Source: Octopus sinensis
Taxonomy: Eukaryota
Length of the DNA stretch: 64,000 nucleotides
Direction: 5' to 3'
Assembly (NCBI RefSeq): GCF_006345805.1
Contig: NC_042997.1
Span: 62,868,001-62,932,000, forward strand
Numbering within the stretch: position 1 is the stretch's first letter; every line of letters begins with the position of its first letter. The notes beneath the pieces are model-generated. The model had not been told where the DNA came from. It made no database searches and saw only the letters and a program-made list of their open reading frames with translations. The position numbers and the translations under genes were made by a program. Shown in pieces: positions 36,571 through 50,621 of this stretch.

Positions 36571-38759
36571 AAAATTTGAAGTTTGTTTTAAAAGTAATTT
36601 GATTATAAGATGGTAGTGTGACGTTAAGATGACAGGAAAAGGTGTTTGCTACTATGTACATTTAAAAGTACTTTTGACTATGTTTACAGTTTAAAATGCT
36701 TTTGGGATTATATAGGCAATATTTATTGTTGTTGTTGTTGTTGTTACTGTTGTTGCTGCTATTGTTGGTATTGTCGAATCTGAACATTTTCTTGAAGCTG
36801 CGTGTGTTTGTGATTTGTTATCCTTTTAAGAAGCCTAGTTTTATTAATATCGTTCTATCTTGTTTTTTGCTTGACCAGAACCATGAGGGATCACCCTAAG
36901 GGACAAGATTTTAAGAGAAACATTTCAAAACAGAAAGAACAATCAAAATGGCATTATCCTTGTCGTCCATTCAGCTAAAAAAGAAGGCAGGAGAAGATTT
37001 TGGAGGCAAAACCATCTTGCGCATCACCACCTATTTCACAATAATTAATTAAAAATAGTAGCCTTAATTAAATACGATACGTAGCAATAGGAACAGCGAG
37101 AGCAGCAGCAGTAAATATAACAAGAACAACTATAACAACACCTGTAGCGACATTGAGAACAATGACATATCAGAATTTAAGCTCGTAAAATCCTCATGCA
37201 ATTAAATCATGCATTGCACTGATACTGCAGCAAACTGTATAAAGAACTCCATCTCCACCAAAGAAGGAATAATGGCAGCTGCAATGTAATACTAACACCT
37301 GTAACAGCAATAGCAGCTGTGAAAATAGCAAAAATTATTTTCTTTTATCAAATTGCACTAGACAATACGCATGAATATTTAAAAGAAGCGAAGAAAGACA
37401 TAAATAGGCTACATCATAAAAAAGTTATGCTTAATATAACGAAACATCTTTTAGACCAAACAAAAAGGAAAACAATTCTGTATAGACGTGCATCAACGAA
37501 AAGACATTAATTAGAGCGTATATCTTCAGACCAAGCTGCATTTTAAAAATAAAATAAGGCTAGGCGTTAATTTTGCGGGATATACCATAAGATCGGATAT
37601 GCCCGAGTTATTTTCTACACGGAATCCCTACTCAGAAGCACTCCACTGTCCTCAATGAGCTGAAGATTTCTCACTGATACACTGTTACATGGAACGGAGA
37701 CTGTTCCGAGCAAGAATCTCAAGCATATCATTAGAAGACCATAGCATGCTGCTTGAAATAAAACGGTTCCGAAAAGAAAATCGTGTCATTGTGTGATTGA
37801 AGATTTTGATCTGAGTGAAATCTGAGATACTGGTAAAAATTCCCGACCTAATAGAGATCCTAGGAGGGTAGTAGATACAGATGGTAATGGAGCGTAGAAG
37901 GCTCTGAAGCTACAAATTTTGAAATACTAATAACCCTCTAAGTTTTTTGCCTCAACACAAACAACCACAGCAAATGCTAGAGCAATATGTAGCCGCAGAA
38001 ACATTGATTACAGCACCAATAACGAGACTGTAAGCCGCACGAAGAACACCAATAGTGGAGACAGCAATAAAAATGCACCAAAAAGAACATCGCTCTCAAA
38101 AGCCACAGCAATAACTGAAAGCTCTCAAAGAACAACAATAAAACAAAAAGGCAGATTCATCCAAGACGTGTCCTTTTTCTCTTGGGACCACTCTGACATG
38201 TTATGGGCTTAATGTGATACTGAGGACCCTAAATGACAAAAAGTTGTTAATGTAAAGAAAAGAAGAAAACACGAAAACACCAACACAAAATATGACTGAT
38301 ATGAGTAAATGGTGGAAACACTTGTAATCAACAAGCTACCCAGACCATTCCCAACAGCAGTAACACAATACTACCAACGCCACCATCCCCATAACCGCCA
38401 CCTCTATCACAGATAGTGATAGTGGTAGTGGTAGTGATGGGGATGGTGTTATTGATGCAAACATAAGTACTATATAATTCACAAGCAATCAGGTCATACA
38501 CCGCAACACGAATTAAAAAAGAAAATCATTAGCTACACATTCATGAACACAAACATGCAAGCATCTCACAGTACACGTAATCATCTAAATATCACAACAC
38601 ACTGCATCTTAAAAACATACACACCGAAGGAGTAAGAGATTTCAGGGTCATAGAAACGAAAGACTGTGCAAAGAACGGTTTGTGGAAACATCCACAACTA
38701 GCCAAAGGAACGGAATATCAGAGTTCCGTTTAATGGCCTTTGAATAAGCAGTATATATA

Positions 38760-39880
38760 CATGTGGCATGAGGTTAGCACAAACTCCGAGCCACCTGCTC
38801 AACGACGTCAGATTACTCTATACAAAGGTATTGGTCGTCCGTGATACCAGAATCTCCTAGCCACAAAACTTTATGTCAATTTTCGGTGAATATGAGGTAT
38901 ACACATCTCCAAGTGGGCTGCGATTTGAAGGTGGCCTAGTTGTATCATTTCGAAAGGGTCGGGATTTCACGATACAGATTATGGCCATGCCTTCAGATTT
39001 GTAGCTGTCTACGTCTCGACAATGGCGGAGCAACAAGATGTCTACTGATGTTTGGAGCATTTTTAGGAACGCCCTGCCCTTTAGCATTAGTAGGCGATTG
39101 GGACACTATCTTTGATGCGTGTTGAATTGTATAGGCTTAGCTGAGAAGAGGGATGCAACTTAGTTAAGCCGGCGTTAACGGACGCAATCGTTAGCAACAA
39201 ATGGTGGCTTGCTGTGACAAGGACTATTATAGTAGAATCAATAAGGTTCAATAAGGATATAGAGAAAACAAGAATAGAAGGTGAATTAGTGATATATTTA
39301 CACAATGTACACAGGAAAGTGATAGCCACAGATGTGCACGCAGTGAGACTGGCCCTCGACCAATTCTTCAACGTGAAGTAAGGGGGCTGCGACTTTAGAT
39401 TTAAGGTGCATACTTTAAGACATGGAGAGATGAAAGCTGTTGACAAGTCTGGTTGATGGAGGCGCAACGTTGCAACAAAACCAAAATTCAGTCTTTTGAA
39501 GATCCTAAAGGGTGCGTATTAATCAAGTCCAAGCAGTTGTGTGCGGTTTTTCTGCAGAACTCTGCAGACTATTAAGAACGAATGGTGGGCCGGAACGCAG
39601 GATTAATTTCAGTTCTTGATCCTGCCACAACTTCCGGTAAGAGGAGATTGTTACAAGAAGATGATGAGAGCAGTGGAAGTACGCTGCACGGGGTTAAAGT
39701 CGCCTGATTTGGATGTATATTCCATGAACATAACTTTTATATGCTCGGCTTGTTTAGAAACCTCTTGGATGATATCTGCCGCAAGTAACAGTAGAACGGA
39801 AGAACTACCTGATCTGTGAGACGAGGAGTGGTGGCGCTTCTGAGAAAGGACGCAAACAAGAAGGACCACAACCGCCGGTG
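38760..39880 (+). mobile_element. Decayed L1/Tx1-clade LINE ORF2 fragment (APE endonuclease, linker, RT start)
   Basis: HLLNDVRLLY.KVLVV.DTRI, AFRFVAVYV, FLGTPCPLALVGDWDTIFD, RLALDQFFNVK..MEAQRCNKTKIQS, KSPDLD, RRGVVALLRKDANK. Internal deletions, truncated before the RT core. Confidence 0.8.
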
Positions 39881-40376
39881 CATGTGATACATCATAGAAA
39901 TAATGGGTAATGAACCTGGCATCTTTCCATCCGGAGTCAATAAAATATGAAAAACCTGGATAGATGTAATCGACTTCCTCAGTCCCTCAAAATTACTGGC
40001 CTTGAGCCAAAAGTTAGAAAGAATTATTATTAACACTGACATCACTGGAGTCTCCTCACTTAGCTACATTTGCGGAACATTCTGGCAGCAACACCAGTTA
40101 ATTTCCTTCCAAGCTTTCCTTTAACATTAGTCAGGTCTCATGGGACAGAAAGGATATTTTTGTTTGTATATGAATACATTGCACATGAGATGTGTCAACT
40201 TTGACCAGTTACCAAAATTATGTGTGCAAATGAGGAATTATTGCAAGTAAATTATTTAAATGGTGCAACCGTATTATAATCCTATACAGAAATTCGAATC
40301 AAATTTCCTGACACCTTCATTTTCCTAGCCTTACACCTATATTCTAGTCTGATATACTGTAATTGAATTTATGAAT

Positions 40377-40660
40377 AATCAGATTTGAATCCTTGAAGAT
40401 ATCTTTTTATAGAGTGTGATAACTTATCTGATTATGGCCTGGTAATTAAATCATATAGATAAGCTATTAATTAATTAAATAATCATATAACTGAATAATA
40501 GAAATAATTCTTCAGTACAGTTCTTGCACTGTACAATAATATTAAGAATCCGGATTGCCGTGTTGTCAAGATAGTTTCGCTTCACTTTTACCCATTTTAC
40601 TTAAAATAGTATTTCGATTAAATAGCAAGCATTTTGAATGTCATCTCGGCACTGTCTGGA
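40377..40660 (+). repeat. 284-bp direct duplication, copy 1
   Basis: Identical by eye to 42216-42499 (offset 1839). Confidence 0.95.
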
Positions 40661-41031
40661 ATGTTGCATAAGCAAAAGTCGTTTTTCAGAAACAACAAAA
40701 CTTCTTGTCACTATAGGGCTACATATTTTGTAGGTTCTAACTATACAGAAACACAACAAAACATTACCGTGTCTCATTGACGTCTTTTGATTAGGCACAT
40801 GAGTAAGTTTTACAACAGATAATTAGAGACCACTGAATTATCTTATTTAATCTTCTCTGCAATGAAACAGAAAGAGAAACTCCACCGCCATTCTTTTAAA
40901 ATTCTAATTGTGAGTCTCTAACTCTACCTTAAAATTAGTTTTAGCATACAGGCCAACTAGGTTTCTATGATTCAGTTTCACACGATAACAAGATATTTAT
41001 TCTGTATTTTCATTTTAATGTCTTACTACAT

Positions 41032-41995
41032 TCATTTGACTGTGAAATACCCCGCTGCATGCCTTTGATCAGAACTGTTTTGTAGTTGTAGAACAAAACC
41101 TTTTTCTCCACATGCACAGACATGCAGGAAGTACAATTCATCTTTAGATTTCGGTTTCTGTCGAGTTTTTCGTATAGCTCTATCTAGTATGCTCCAAAGA
41201 TTTTCAATTGGGTTCATATCAGGAGATTGGTTTGGCCAAAGAAGCTTTTTGATTTAATTTTCAGTCAGCCATTGTTGTTTCCTTTTCGCTGTGTGGCATG
41301 GAGCCTCATCTTCCATGAATAAAAACTCATTTTTCGTTATGTTATCGTGTGAATAAATCGGAAGTAGTTCTTGCTTAAGTATTTCGATGTATTTTTCAGA
41401 GTTTATGGCTCCAACACATTCGATCAGCTCAGAACCATTGCTGGTGAATGCTCCCCATACCATTACAGAGATACCACCATGTTTCACAGCTGGATGGACT
41501 CGTTTCAAACCAAATTCTTGATTGGGAAGCCTCCATACCCAAGCACTTCAACTGTCTGAAAATAATGCAAATCTGGATTCATCTGAGAAAATCACTCTAT
41601 CACAAAATGAACTAGATTTTTCTGACATCTCCTTAACCCATTTCTTTCTTTTCATGATATTAATTGGTTGAAGGAGAGGTTTTCTTCTAGCTGCTCGTCC
41701 ATAATACTCAAGCTTATGCAGATATGTAACACACCTTCTTGGACTAACTTCTAGCTGTTTTGCAACGTCAGAAGACTTCGAACGGGGTTCATTTTCCGCA
41801 TTTCTCTTCAAACAGCAAAGTTTCCTTTCCGAGGGCCCAGGTCGGCCAGGACGAGAATATGTTGATTCTTTTCCTTGGCTTTTGAATTCTATTAACAGTA
41901 GCAAGAGGAATTTGAAGATTTTTGACAATTTTCTGCCCAACAATACGACTTCTTTGAAAATCTGACAGTTCTGCTGAATTTTTTGTGTGTGGCAT
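41032..41995 (-). mobile_element. Decayed Tc1 (DD34E) transposase
   Basis: MPHTKNSAELSDFQRSRIVG..SRPGRP..GRAARRKPLL..VIFSDESRF..VKHGGISVMVWGAF..FMEDEAPCHTAK..WPNQSPDMNPIENLWSIL. Several frameshifts. Possible 5' TIR at ~42118-42146; 3' TIR not clear. Confidence 0.95.
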
Positions 41996-42180
41996 GGTTA
42001 CTCTTCGGAAATGCTTAATATAATGGCACACGGAATGAAAAAGAATAATTACATTGTAAATTCTACACCGCTGCAAACATATTAAGACGCTTAGATTAGA
42101 AATTTTGAAAATTAAAGGTGTCTATTTACATCCTGCATATCTGTGTATATAATAAAAAGAATAATTGTTTCAATATTTAG

Positions 42181-42618
42181 CACATCGAGCCCATTACTCA
42201 ACTGGTGAATGCAACAATCAGATTTGAATCCTTGAAGATATCTTTTTATAGAGTGTGATAACTTATCTGATTATGGCCTGGTAATTAAATCATATAGATA
42301 AGCTATTAATTAATTAAATAATCATATAACTGAATAATAGAAATAATTCTTCAGTACAGTTCTTGCACTGTACAATAATATTAAGAATCCGGATTGCCGT
42401 GTTGTCAAGATAGTTTCGCTTCACTTTTACCCATTTTACTTAAAATAGTATTTCGATTAAATAGCAAGCATTTTGAATGTCATCTCGGCACTGTCTGGAT
42501 GAAAGGATGAAAGGAAAAGTCGACCTCGACGGAATTTGAACTCAGAACGGGAAGACGGACGAAATGCTGCTGTGAATTTTGTCTGGCGTGCTAACGATCC
42601 TGCCAGCTAGCCGCCTGC
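42181..42618 (-). mobile_element. SINE family A split by the 284-bp insertion
   Basis: Body fragment cacatcgagcccattactcaactggt (42181-42206) and head half gaaaggatgaaaggaaaagtcgacctcg..ccagctagccgcc (42501-42618) flank the duplicated block. Confidence 0.8.
42216..42499 (+). repeat. 284-bp direct duplication, copy 2
   Basis: Identical by eye to 40377-40660. Confidence 0.95.
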
Positions 42619-42631
42619 ATTTTAATGATAA

Positions 42632-42885
42632 TTATAATCCTTTCTATTATAGGTACAAGGCCTGAAATGTGAGGGGCGGAGGCTAGTCGATTACATCGAC
42701 TCCAGTGAGTAACTGGTACATATATCATCAATCCTAGTGAATAACTGATACTTATTTCATCGACCCCGAAAGGATGAAAGGCAAAGTCGACCTTGGCCTA
42801 ATTTGAACTCAGAACTTAAAGACGGACGAAATGTCATTAAACATCTTGCCCGGCGTGCTAATGATTCTGCCCGCTCACTGCCTTC
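42632..42885 (-). mobile_element. SINE family A
   Basis: ataatcctttctattataggtacaaggcc...gaaaggatgaaaggcaaagtcgacc..aatttgaactcagaac..gctcactgcctt, with a small internal duplication. Confidence 0.9.
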
Positions 42886-43229
42886 ATCTTAATAATAATT
42901 ATAATAATGCCCATTCATTGTAAAATTTTGAATGTAAGTGGTTTAATACACTAAAAGGATACTAGTATTCAATTTCTTAAAGCATCAAGCTATAATTCCA
43001 CGAATAAAACAGACTACAATGAATAAAAGAAATACAAAAGTGTAACTATCTAGATAGACATAAAAACAAATAAAAAAATTATAATTCACTTCACTTCAAA
43101 TATTTTTCGGCTTTTGGGAATGTAATAGGATTGATAGTAAATTCACAGCGATCTTTGTCCGCAGATTATGTCTTATTACTGCTTAAAAAATTTCTGTGCT
43201 CTTGTTTCTTGTTATTATGAGTTCCAACC

Positions 43230-43700
43230 AGTGTCCTTCGCTATTTAGCGTCTTCAAGCGTGGATCGCTTGTTGTGATGCAAAATCTTCAAAGATTTACG
43301 AATGATTTAAGATTTTTGTACATTCATTGTGATATAAAACACCTGCGTTTCTATAAAGAAGTATCACGTAGATTCATATATAACTAATGATGTAGAAATG
43401 TAATATCTCAGACTTGATAGAATAATTTTTGAGTAAAATATGTTACACAAATTATAGTACACTATGTTTCTTACCTCAGTTATACTAGTACATTTATAAT
43501 CGTTTAACCCTTTATTCACACAAAACATTATTATAAGTTTGTCCTAAAGGTCCATCATTATTTTCAAACCTTCAGACATTTAGCTAGAGCTTGTTTCATA
43601 TGTTCTAAATAATACAGAACTTTCTTTTCATAAGTTGCAAGTTGAAAAAGATGGGGAATTTGTGTCATATATAATACATGGACATCAGGGAAATATGCCC
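43230..43700 (-). mobile_element. Possible hAT C-terminal dimerisation-domain remnant
   Basis: YFPDVHVLYMTQIP..ATYEKK..LEHMKQAL (cf. FPNV..IP..SA..ERSFS.L..IK..L), and further downstream HNE..IFEDFASQQA. Weak. Confidence 0.3.
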
Positions 43701-43934
43701 TGTGAATCACATGTGATACAGATGAAAGGCAATGTGTTAATAACAAGTTATTGACTTGAAAAATATATCTACATGGTTGCTTAACTTGCAATAAATAGCA
43801 ACCAAATCTCCTCGAAGCAAAACTCAACTGTGTTAAAATAGAAAGATTTTTGGTACTTGATGTACATTACCTCAAAAAACTTGAAATTTAAGTTTGCTCA
43901 GTTTGAACAGGCCTAAAGTAAAGAACAATATAAT

Positions 43935-44520
<586 letters not shown>

Positions 44521-44743
44521 CGCATAACACAATGTGTGTCTGTAAAAAACTCGATAGGAAGAAACAATACCAAAGCTCCCTTCCAAAAAGGTTTGTGTTA
44601 TCCTGTTCTTTTTAAGGATATCATTTGTATGATTATTATTTTAAAAATTTGTAAGAAAGTCTTTCGTCATATATATAATATAATATAATGTAACATAATA
44701 TGATATAATATAATATAATATAATATAATATAATATAATATAA

Positions 44744-45141
44744 TCTTTATATATAAAAGTCAAGTTGTGTGTCTGTCTCCTACGATTTAGATTCCTAACT
44801 ACTCCCACATTTTGCGGTGCAGAGTAACCAAAAGCGGTTATCTTATAGTCGTGATTCATATCGAGCCCTTCTGGGTATTAGCGCGCGTCAACGATGAGTC
44901 TACGATTTTAAAAATAATTTACCATAATTTCTTTCCATTTTAATGCATTTTTTCGCTATTGTATAAGGGAAGTAACTCTCTAAAAATGTCTACGATGAGT
45001 CAACGATTTAAAAAAAAATTTAGCATAATTTTTTTTCCATTTTCAATGCATTTTTTTGCTATTTTTTGGCTATAACTCTCTAAAAATGCTTATATAGTTA
45101 TTTCCCTTACAAACCCGAGCAACGCCGGGCGATACTGCTAG
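44744..45141 (+). mobile_element. Non-autonomous Helitron (copy 2)
   Basis: A|TCtttatatataaaag ... cccgagcaacgccgggcgatactgCTAG|T. Contains an internal tandem duplication of the tctacgatgagtc...taactctctaaaaatg segment. Confidence 0.85.
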
Positions 45142-45299
45142 TATAGTATAATATAAACCTTTGCTTCTTTCTGACGAAGAGCCATGTCGGTACGTAATTT
45201 CTACTCCTATTTTTCCCTCTTAACTTTCACTGAATGTCAATGTAATATATTCACTGTGTTACATCTAATTGACATTTTGCCTTTTTTTTAAAATGTTTG

Positions 45300-46089
<790 letters not shown>

Positions 46090-46189
46090 NNNNNNNNNNN
46101 NNNNNNNNNNNNNNNNNNNNNNNNNNNNNNNNNNNNNNNNNNNNNNNNNNNNNNNNNNNNNNNNNNNNNNNNNNNNNNNNNNNNNNNNN
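46090..46189. other. Assembly gap (100 N)
   Basis: Direct. Exactly 100 Ns suggests a placeholder of unknown size. Confidence 1.
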
Positions 46190-46758
46190 TTAATATTCTA
46201 GAACATAATCTAGAATTTTAGAGTAACATCAAAAGATATACTTCATATCGTTTGGAGAAGGGAAAGGAAATATGGAATTGTGGTGTTCATGTATTAACAA
46301 CATTGCTGAAGCGAACTTGCACGAAATGAGTATCGAAACTGAAAGCAGATTCACTATTTGAAAAGAAAAACAAAAACATAGAAAGTAAAAAAGAAATCAA
46401 TCCCACTCCCCAAAAATGTTCATTAGAATACGATGGAACCTAATGCAGTCACTCAAACCGCTTCAAATAGCAGCCACATTATCTTGAAACTACACCTGGC
46501 CAACTTAAAAATGCAGTCCTAGTTATAGTATACGATAATATGATGGGAAATCATGGATAAAACGCATAGGCCATTACTGATTGATTAGAGGTGTCATGGG
46601 ACTAAGCGCCTACCTATTTACTAATCTACTCGCCTGTTCTTTTTGCTGCAATGAAAATATTTGGCATCAAATATCAATTCCCCTTATTTGAGAAAAGTCC
46701 AATACTTATTGATATTTAGGGTAAAGTAGAATCAGAATTATTTATTGATACGAACAGT

Positions 46759-46969
46759 AAGGCGTTGAGTAGGCAGAATCGTTAGCAAGCAGGACAAAAT
46801 GGTTTGCATAATTTCGTCTATTATTGTGTTCTAAGCCCAAATTTCGCTGAGGCCGATTATATTTCGTCCTTTCGGAGTCAATAAAATAAGTACCTGTAGA
46901 GCACTGCATTCGATCAACTTCCAGTCCTCCCGCGATTTTGCTGGCTTCGTATCAAAATTTGAAAGCAAT
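46759..46969 (+). mobile_element. SINE family A, diverged
   Basis: aaggcgttgagtaggcagaatcgttagcaagc...cctttcggagtcaataaaataagtacc...aaaatttgaaagcaat. Confidence 0.8.
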
Positions 46970-48312
46970 GTTTTATGTGCCAATGTGGATTGTAGAGTGA
47001 TAGGATCCTTAGGGCTTCAGATAAAATATCTTGTAATATGTATTCTACCAACTGACAATCTAAGTTCAAATCTTTGACAAACACTTTTGTTTTAACGAAC
47101 TCATACTTGACTGATACTTTATTGAATTTACCTTTTTACGAGGCTGATACAATAAAATATCTAACAAGTACTGGTACCACATTCTTCGACATTTCTACTA
47201 TCAAGATTTTGGTCATATATACAGAGGACGGTGAGACGGACAAGATGACCATTCAGCGCAATAGTTCCCAACCGGGGTTCTATAGCGGCTTTTGTTCAAT
47301 TTTATCTGCAATAAATTGGTTATCCTTCTACAATAAACAAAATATAATCATTTAAAAAAAAATTCTTAATAATCGTTAATTATAGAAATATATGATATTT
47401 AAAACACCTAATGCTTCGGAGGGTACTTCCAAATAAAATAGGACTAAAATAGACCATAGCTAAAAAATGGTTGAGAAATGTTGATTTAGAGCATTAACAA
47501 AACTCTGTGTGCTAGTTGTTCCAGCTCTTTACGTTCTGAGTTTAAATCCTGTCAAAGTTAACTTTAGGTTTCATCATTCCTGCTTGTACTATAAATGAGT
47601 ATCAATCAAGAACAGGTGTCAATTTGATCGACTATCGTCTTCCTCAAAATTTGTGAACTTAGGATTGTGAAAGTAATTATTACATTTTTTACGGCAGTTG
47701 AAAAGAAAAGCATGCTTTACATTTTCTATGAATATAGTTTTGAGTGATATAGTTATATAATTTTCAATTTCCCTCTGAATAGAATAGAATATTAACTTTT
47801 CAGTTAATATGAAACAACACCCGACAACGTGGAAATGCGAGATTTGATTTGAAGTCATGCATTAATTAGAAGACATTAAAATAATCTTTTAACTTGTAGT
47901 ATGTTTTAAAGAAAATCAAACGATTATACAGCCAAAAGAAATAGCGTAATTTAGAATTAAAATTCATTCTTCTGGAAAGCTATGTCCGTTTTGTGGTAAT
48001 TCTCAAGTTACAAATTATTAGCGAAGAATATGAAAAGAAAAACATAGTCCATAAAAAAGTCTGCTTTAGAATAAATTGGTTCGATTATATATCTGGCTGC
48101 AGGATTTTCAAAATGGTTGATATTTTGATAAAATATGATTGGAAATTTGGTTCTGATTTACGTACTTTTTAAACATACATGCACATATATACATGTATGC
48201 ATTAAGTTTGAATGTCCTGTCGCATTTAAAGATGAGGAAAGAAATTAATGCTTCATTAGTCTTAAATGATATATGTATATATATATATATATAGTTCAAA
48301 TTTAGAGAAAAC

Positions 48313-48420
48313 AAAGGACGAAGACAGGCGAGAGAACAACAAGCAAGTGTATTAGTTTGACGGTCAGGAATTATGGAAAAGTCTTTGAAGTTTCGAGTAT
48401 ATGCTATTCGACAGAGACAG
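48313..48420 (-). repeat. Dispersed repeat homologous to 59035-59232 (Penelope-like terminal repeat candidate)
   Basis: Minus strand ctgtcgaatagcatatactcgaaacttcaaagacttttccataattcctgaccgtcaaactaatac..cctgtcttcgtc aligns with 59112-59210. Confidence 0.6.
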
Positions 48421-48479
48421 TTGAGACCAAAACGTGGAGAAAAAAAATGTCAGAGAAAAATGTGTAGATGTTTCCCCTC

Positions 48480-49645
48480 GTTATTGATGTTTGGCCTCTT
48501 GTATTGATAAGATGATCCCATCTATTTGGGAAATTGTCAATTCCTCGGGCCCGAAAATCTTCAGATTTCCAAAAAAAAAAAAAAGGAAAAAGGAAAAGAA
48601 AAAAACTTGATATCGTTTTAACCTCTTCACAGTTAATAAACTATTTTCCCTTTAAATAATGCTGCAAAGATCGGAAAAGATGATAGGCAGATGGAGTAAT
48701 GTTAGGAGAGTAGGAAGGGTGAAGAAAAACTGTTTAGCGTCATAATATTTTCTTGGATGTCTTAGGAAATACGTGGTCTTGCACTCTCTTGTAAGAGAAA
48801 CACTTCTTTACAATTGATTAATGATACGTGCTTTCTTCTGCAAATCTGTGAGCAATATTTCTAACACCTTTCTGCATTAACTGTTTAATTTTGATTTAAT
48901 ACTTCATGATCTACGAAACCCAAACAAACACAGAGCATAACATCTTTCAAGTATACTCCTAGTTTAGAGGCTGAGATCTCCCTTTTCATCGGTTGCTAAC
49001 TATTGTCATTTTCGCTGAATATAATTATAGAGAGCCGTGTTTTCCTTCCTTGTAATGTAATGATTCTCCCAAGGGCAAATTCTGTAGCACTACTCTTGAA
49101 TGGCGAGCTGAGGGCAACTATTTGATTAAGCTGGGAAACAGTCAGCTGAAAAGCCTCCCATTAGCTAAATCTAGACACTTTTCCTAGTTCATGAAGTTGT
49201 TTTATGACCTAAATGTGAATTAAACTGTTTTGTTAATTCCCATGCAGTTTCCTTTGATTTTTCCTCAATTACCTATTTCAGAAGTTCAGTAGTGACGGAA
49301 CTTGGTGGTCAAGATAGAGGTGAATATGCGAAAGAAAGTTTTCCAGAGCGTAACTGGTCAAGTGACTGTTGAACGTTTTATTTCCTTTGAAAGAACGAAT
49401 ATTACTTGCCTGTACCATTGCTGAAGGACCCTTCCTGTAGCATGCAATGTCTCATATGGGCCTGATGAAATTCATTTCAAAAAGATAAAAATCGATACGA
49501 ATTTAAAGACTATGGTTCAAAGTAATCTGCAAAGAAAGAAAGAGAACATTAGAATGTAAAAATTGCATATGGTGACATAAGTACTGAAGCATTATCCTCG
49601 AGGCATTCATGTCAAAAGGCTACAGAATTTTATTTTCCAACTTTA
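48480..49645 (-). mobile_element. Old decayed mariner element
   Basis: Minus strand: TIR-like tataaagttggaaaataaaattctg at ~49623-49647, then HMRHCML, LRSGKLS, IEENQR..WELTKQFN, LHELGKVSRF..W, RIIT, KVMLCV, TVNAE, LLQESARP, YHLFRSLQHYLKGK, RGIDNFPNRW. Confidence 0.8.
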
Positions 49646-49752
49646 TATATCAGAAATGTTATTTAAAATAATATAATATAATATAATATAATATAATATA
49701 ATATGATATAATATAATATAATATAATATAATATTTCTCTCTCTCTCTCTCT

Positions 49753-49791
<39 letters not shown>

Positions 49792-49818
49792 AGTATAATC
49801 CATCCATCCATCTATCTA

Positions 49819-49913
<95 letters not shown>

Positions 49914-50546
49914 CCTATCTACATACATACATATAAACCTGCGCAAACACACAAATACACAGACGTATACACACATATAAATATATCAATGAAATATATA
50001 TTTTTTACCAATATATAATATACATGAATCACGATATATACGTACCAAGACAAACATAGATACTTAAAGACACACACATATAAAGAGTTGTTCTATATAC
50101 TTATGTAGGTAAGGGTTATTGTATATGTATATTTATATTTATGCATGAATACACATACATACACACACACAGACATGAAATATTGCGTAATTCTTTTACC
50201 GTTTGATTTATATGCTGCTTTTCATATTGCTTGGTTCCCCAGAGGCAATGCTTGTCAGAAGAAATATATCATTGTATTCACAAAGATCCAAAGGAAGACG
50301 AGAACGAATCGTCTAGGAAGACAGTGTCTTTTCTTATTTCGAACTGAAATGTAATCTACATCCAGGTTCATTGTCTCGGTGTATTCTGCTTAATATTTGT
50401 TGCTGCTCGGTGCAATGATAACTTTCTTTGATTTATAGCATTCGACGACGGTTACGAAAAGGCACCATGAGACCTTTCTAGTTATTTTTAATCCACTTTC
50501 AGAATAATATAAATGACTAAAGAATACTATATTATCTCAATGAGAT

Positions 50547-50621
<75 letters not shown>

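Noticed and set aside
40377-42499. LTR retrotransposon or TRIM interpretation of the 284-bp direct repeats
   Set aside because: No TG..CA termini, PBS, PPT or TSD. The interior is an unrelated decayed Tc1, and copy 2 interrupts a SINE.
49449-49490. CTGATGA motif that could be another hammerhead core
   Set aside because: No stem II or GAAA follows, and it lies within the decayed mariner coding region.
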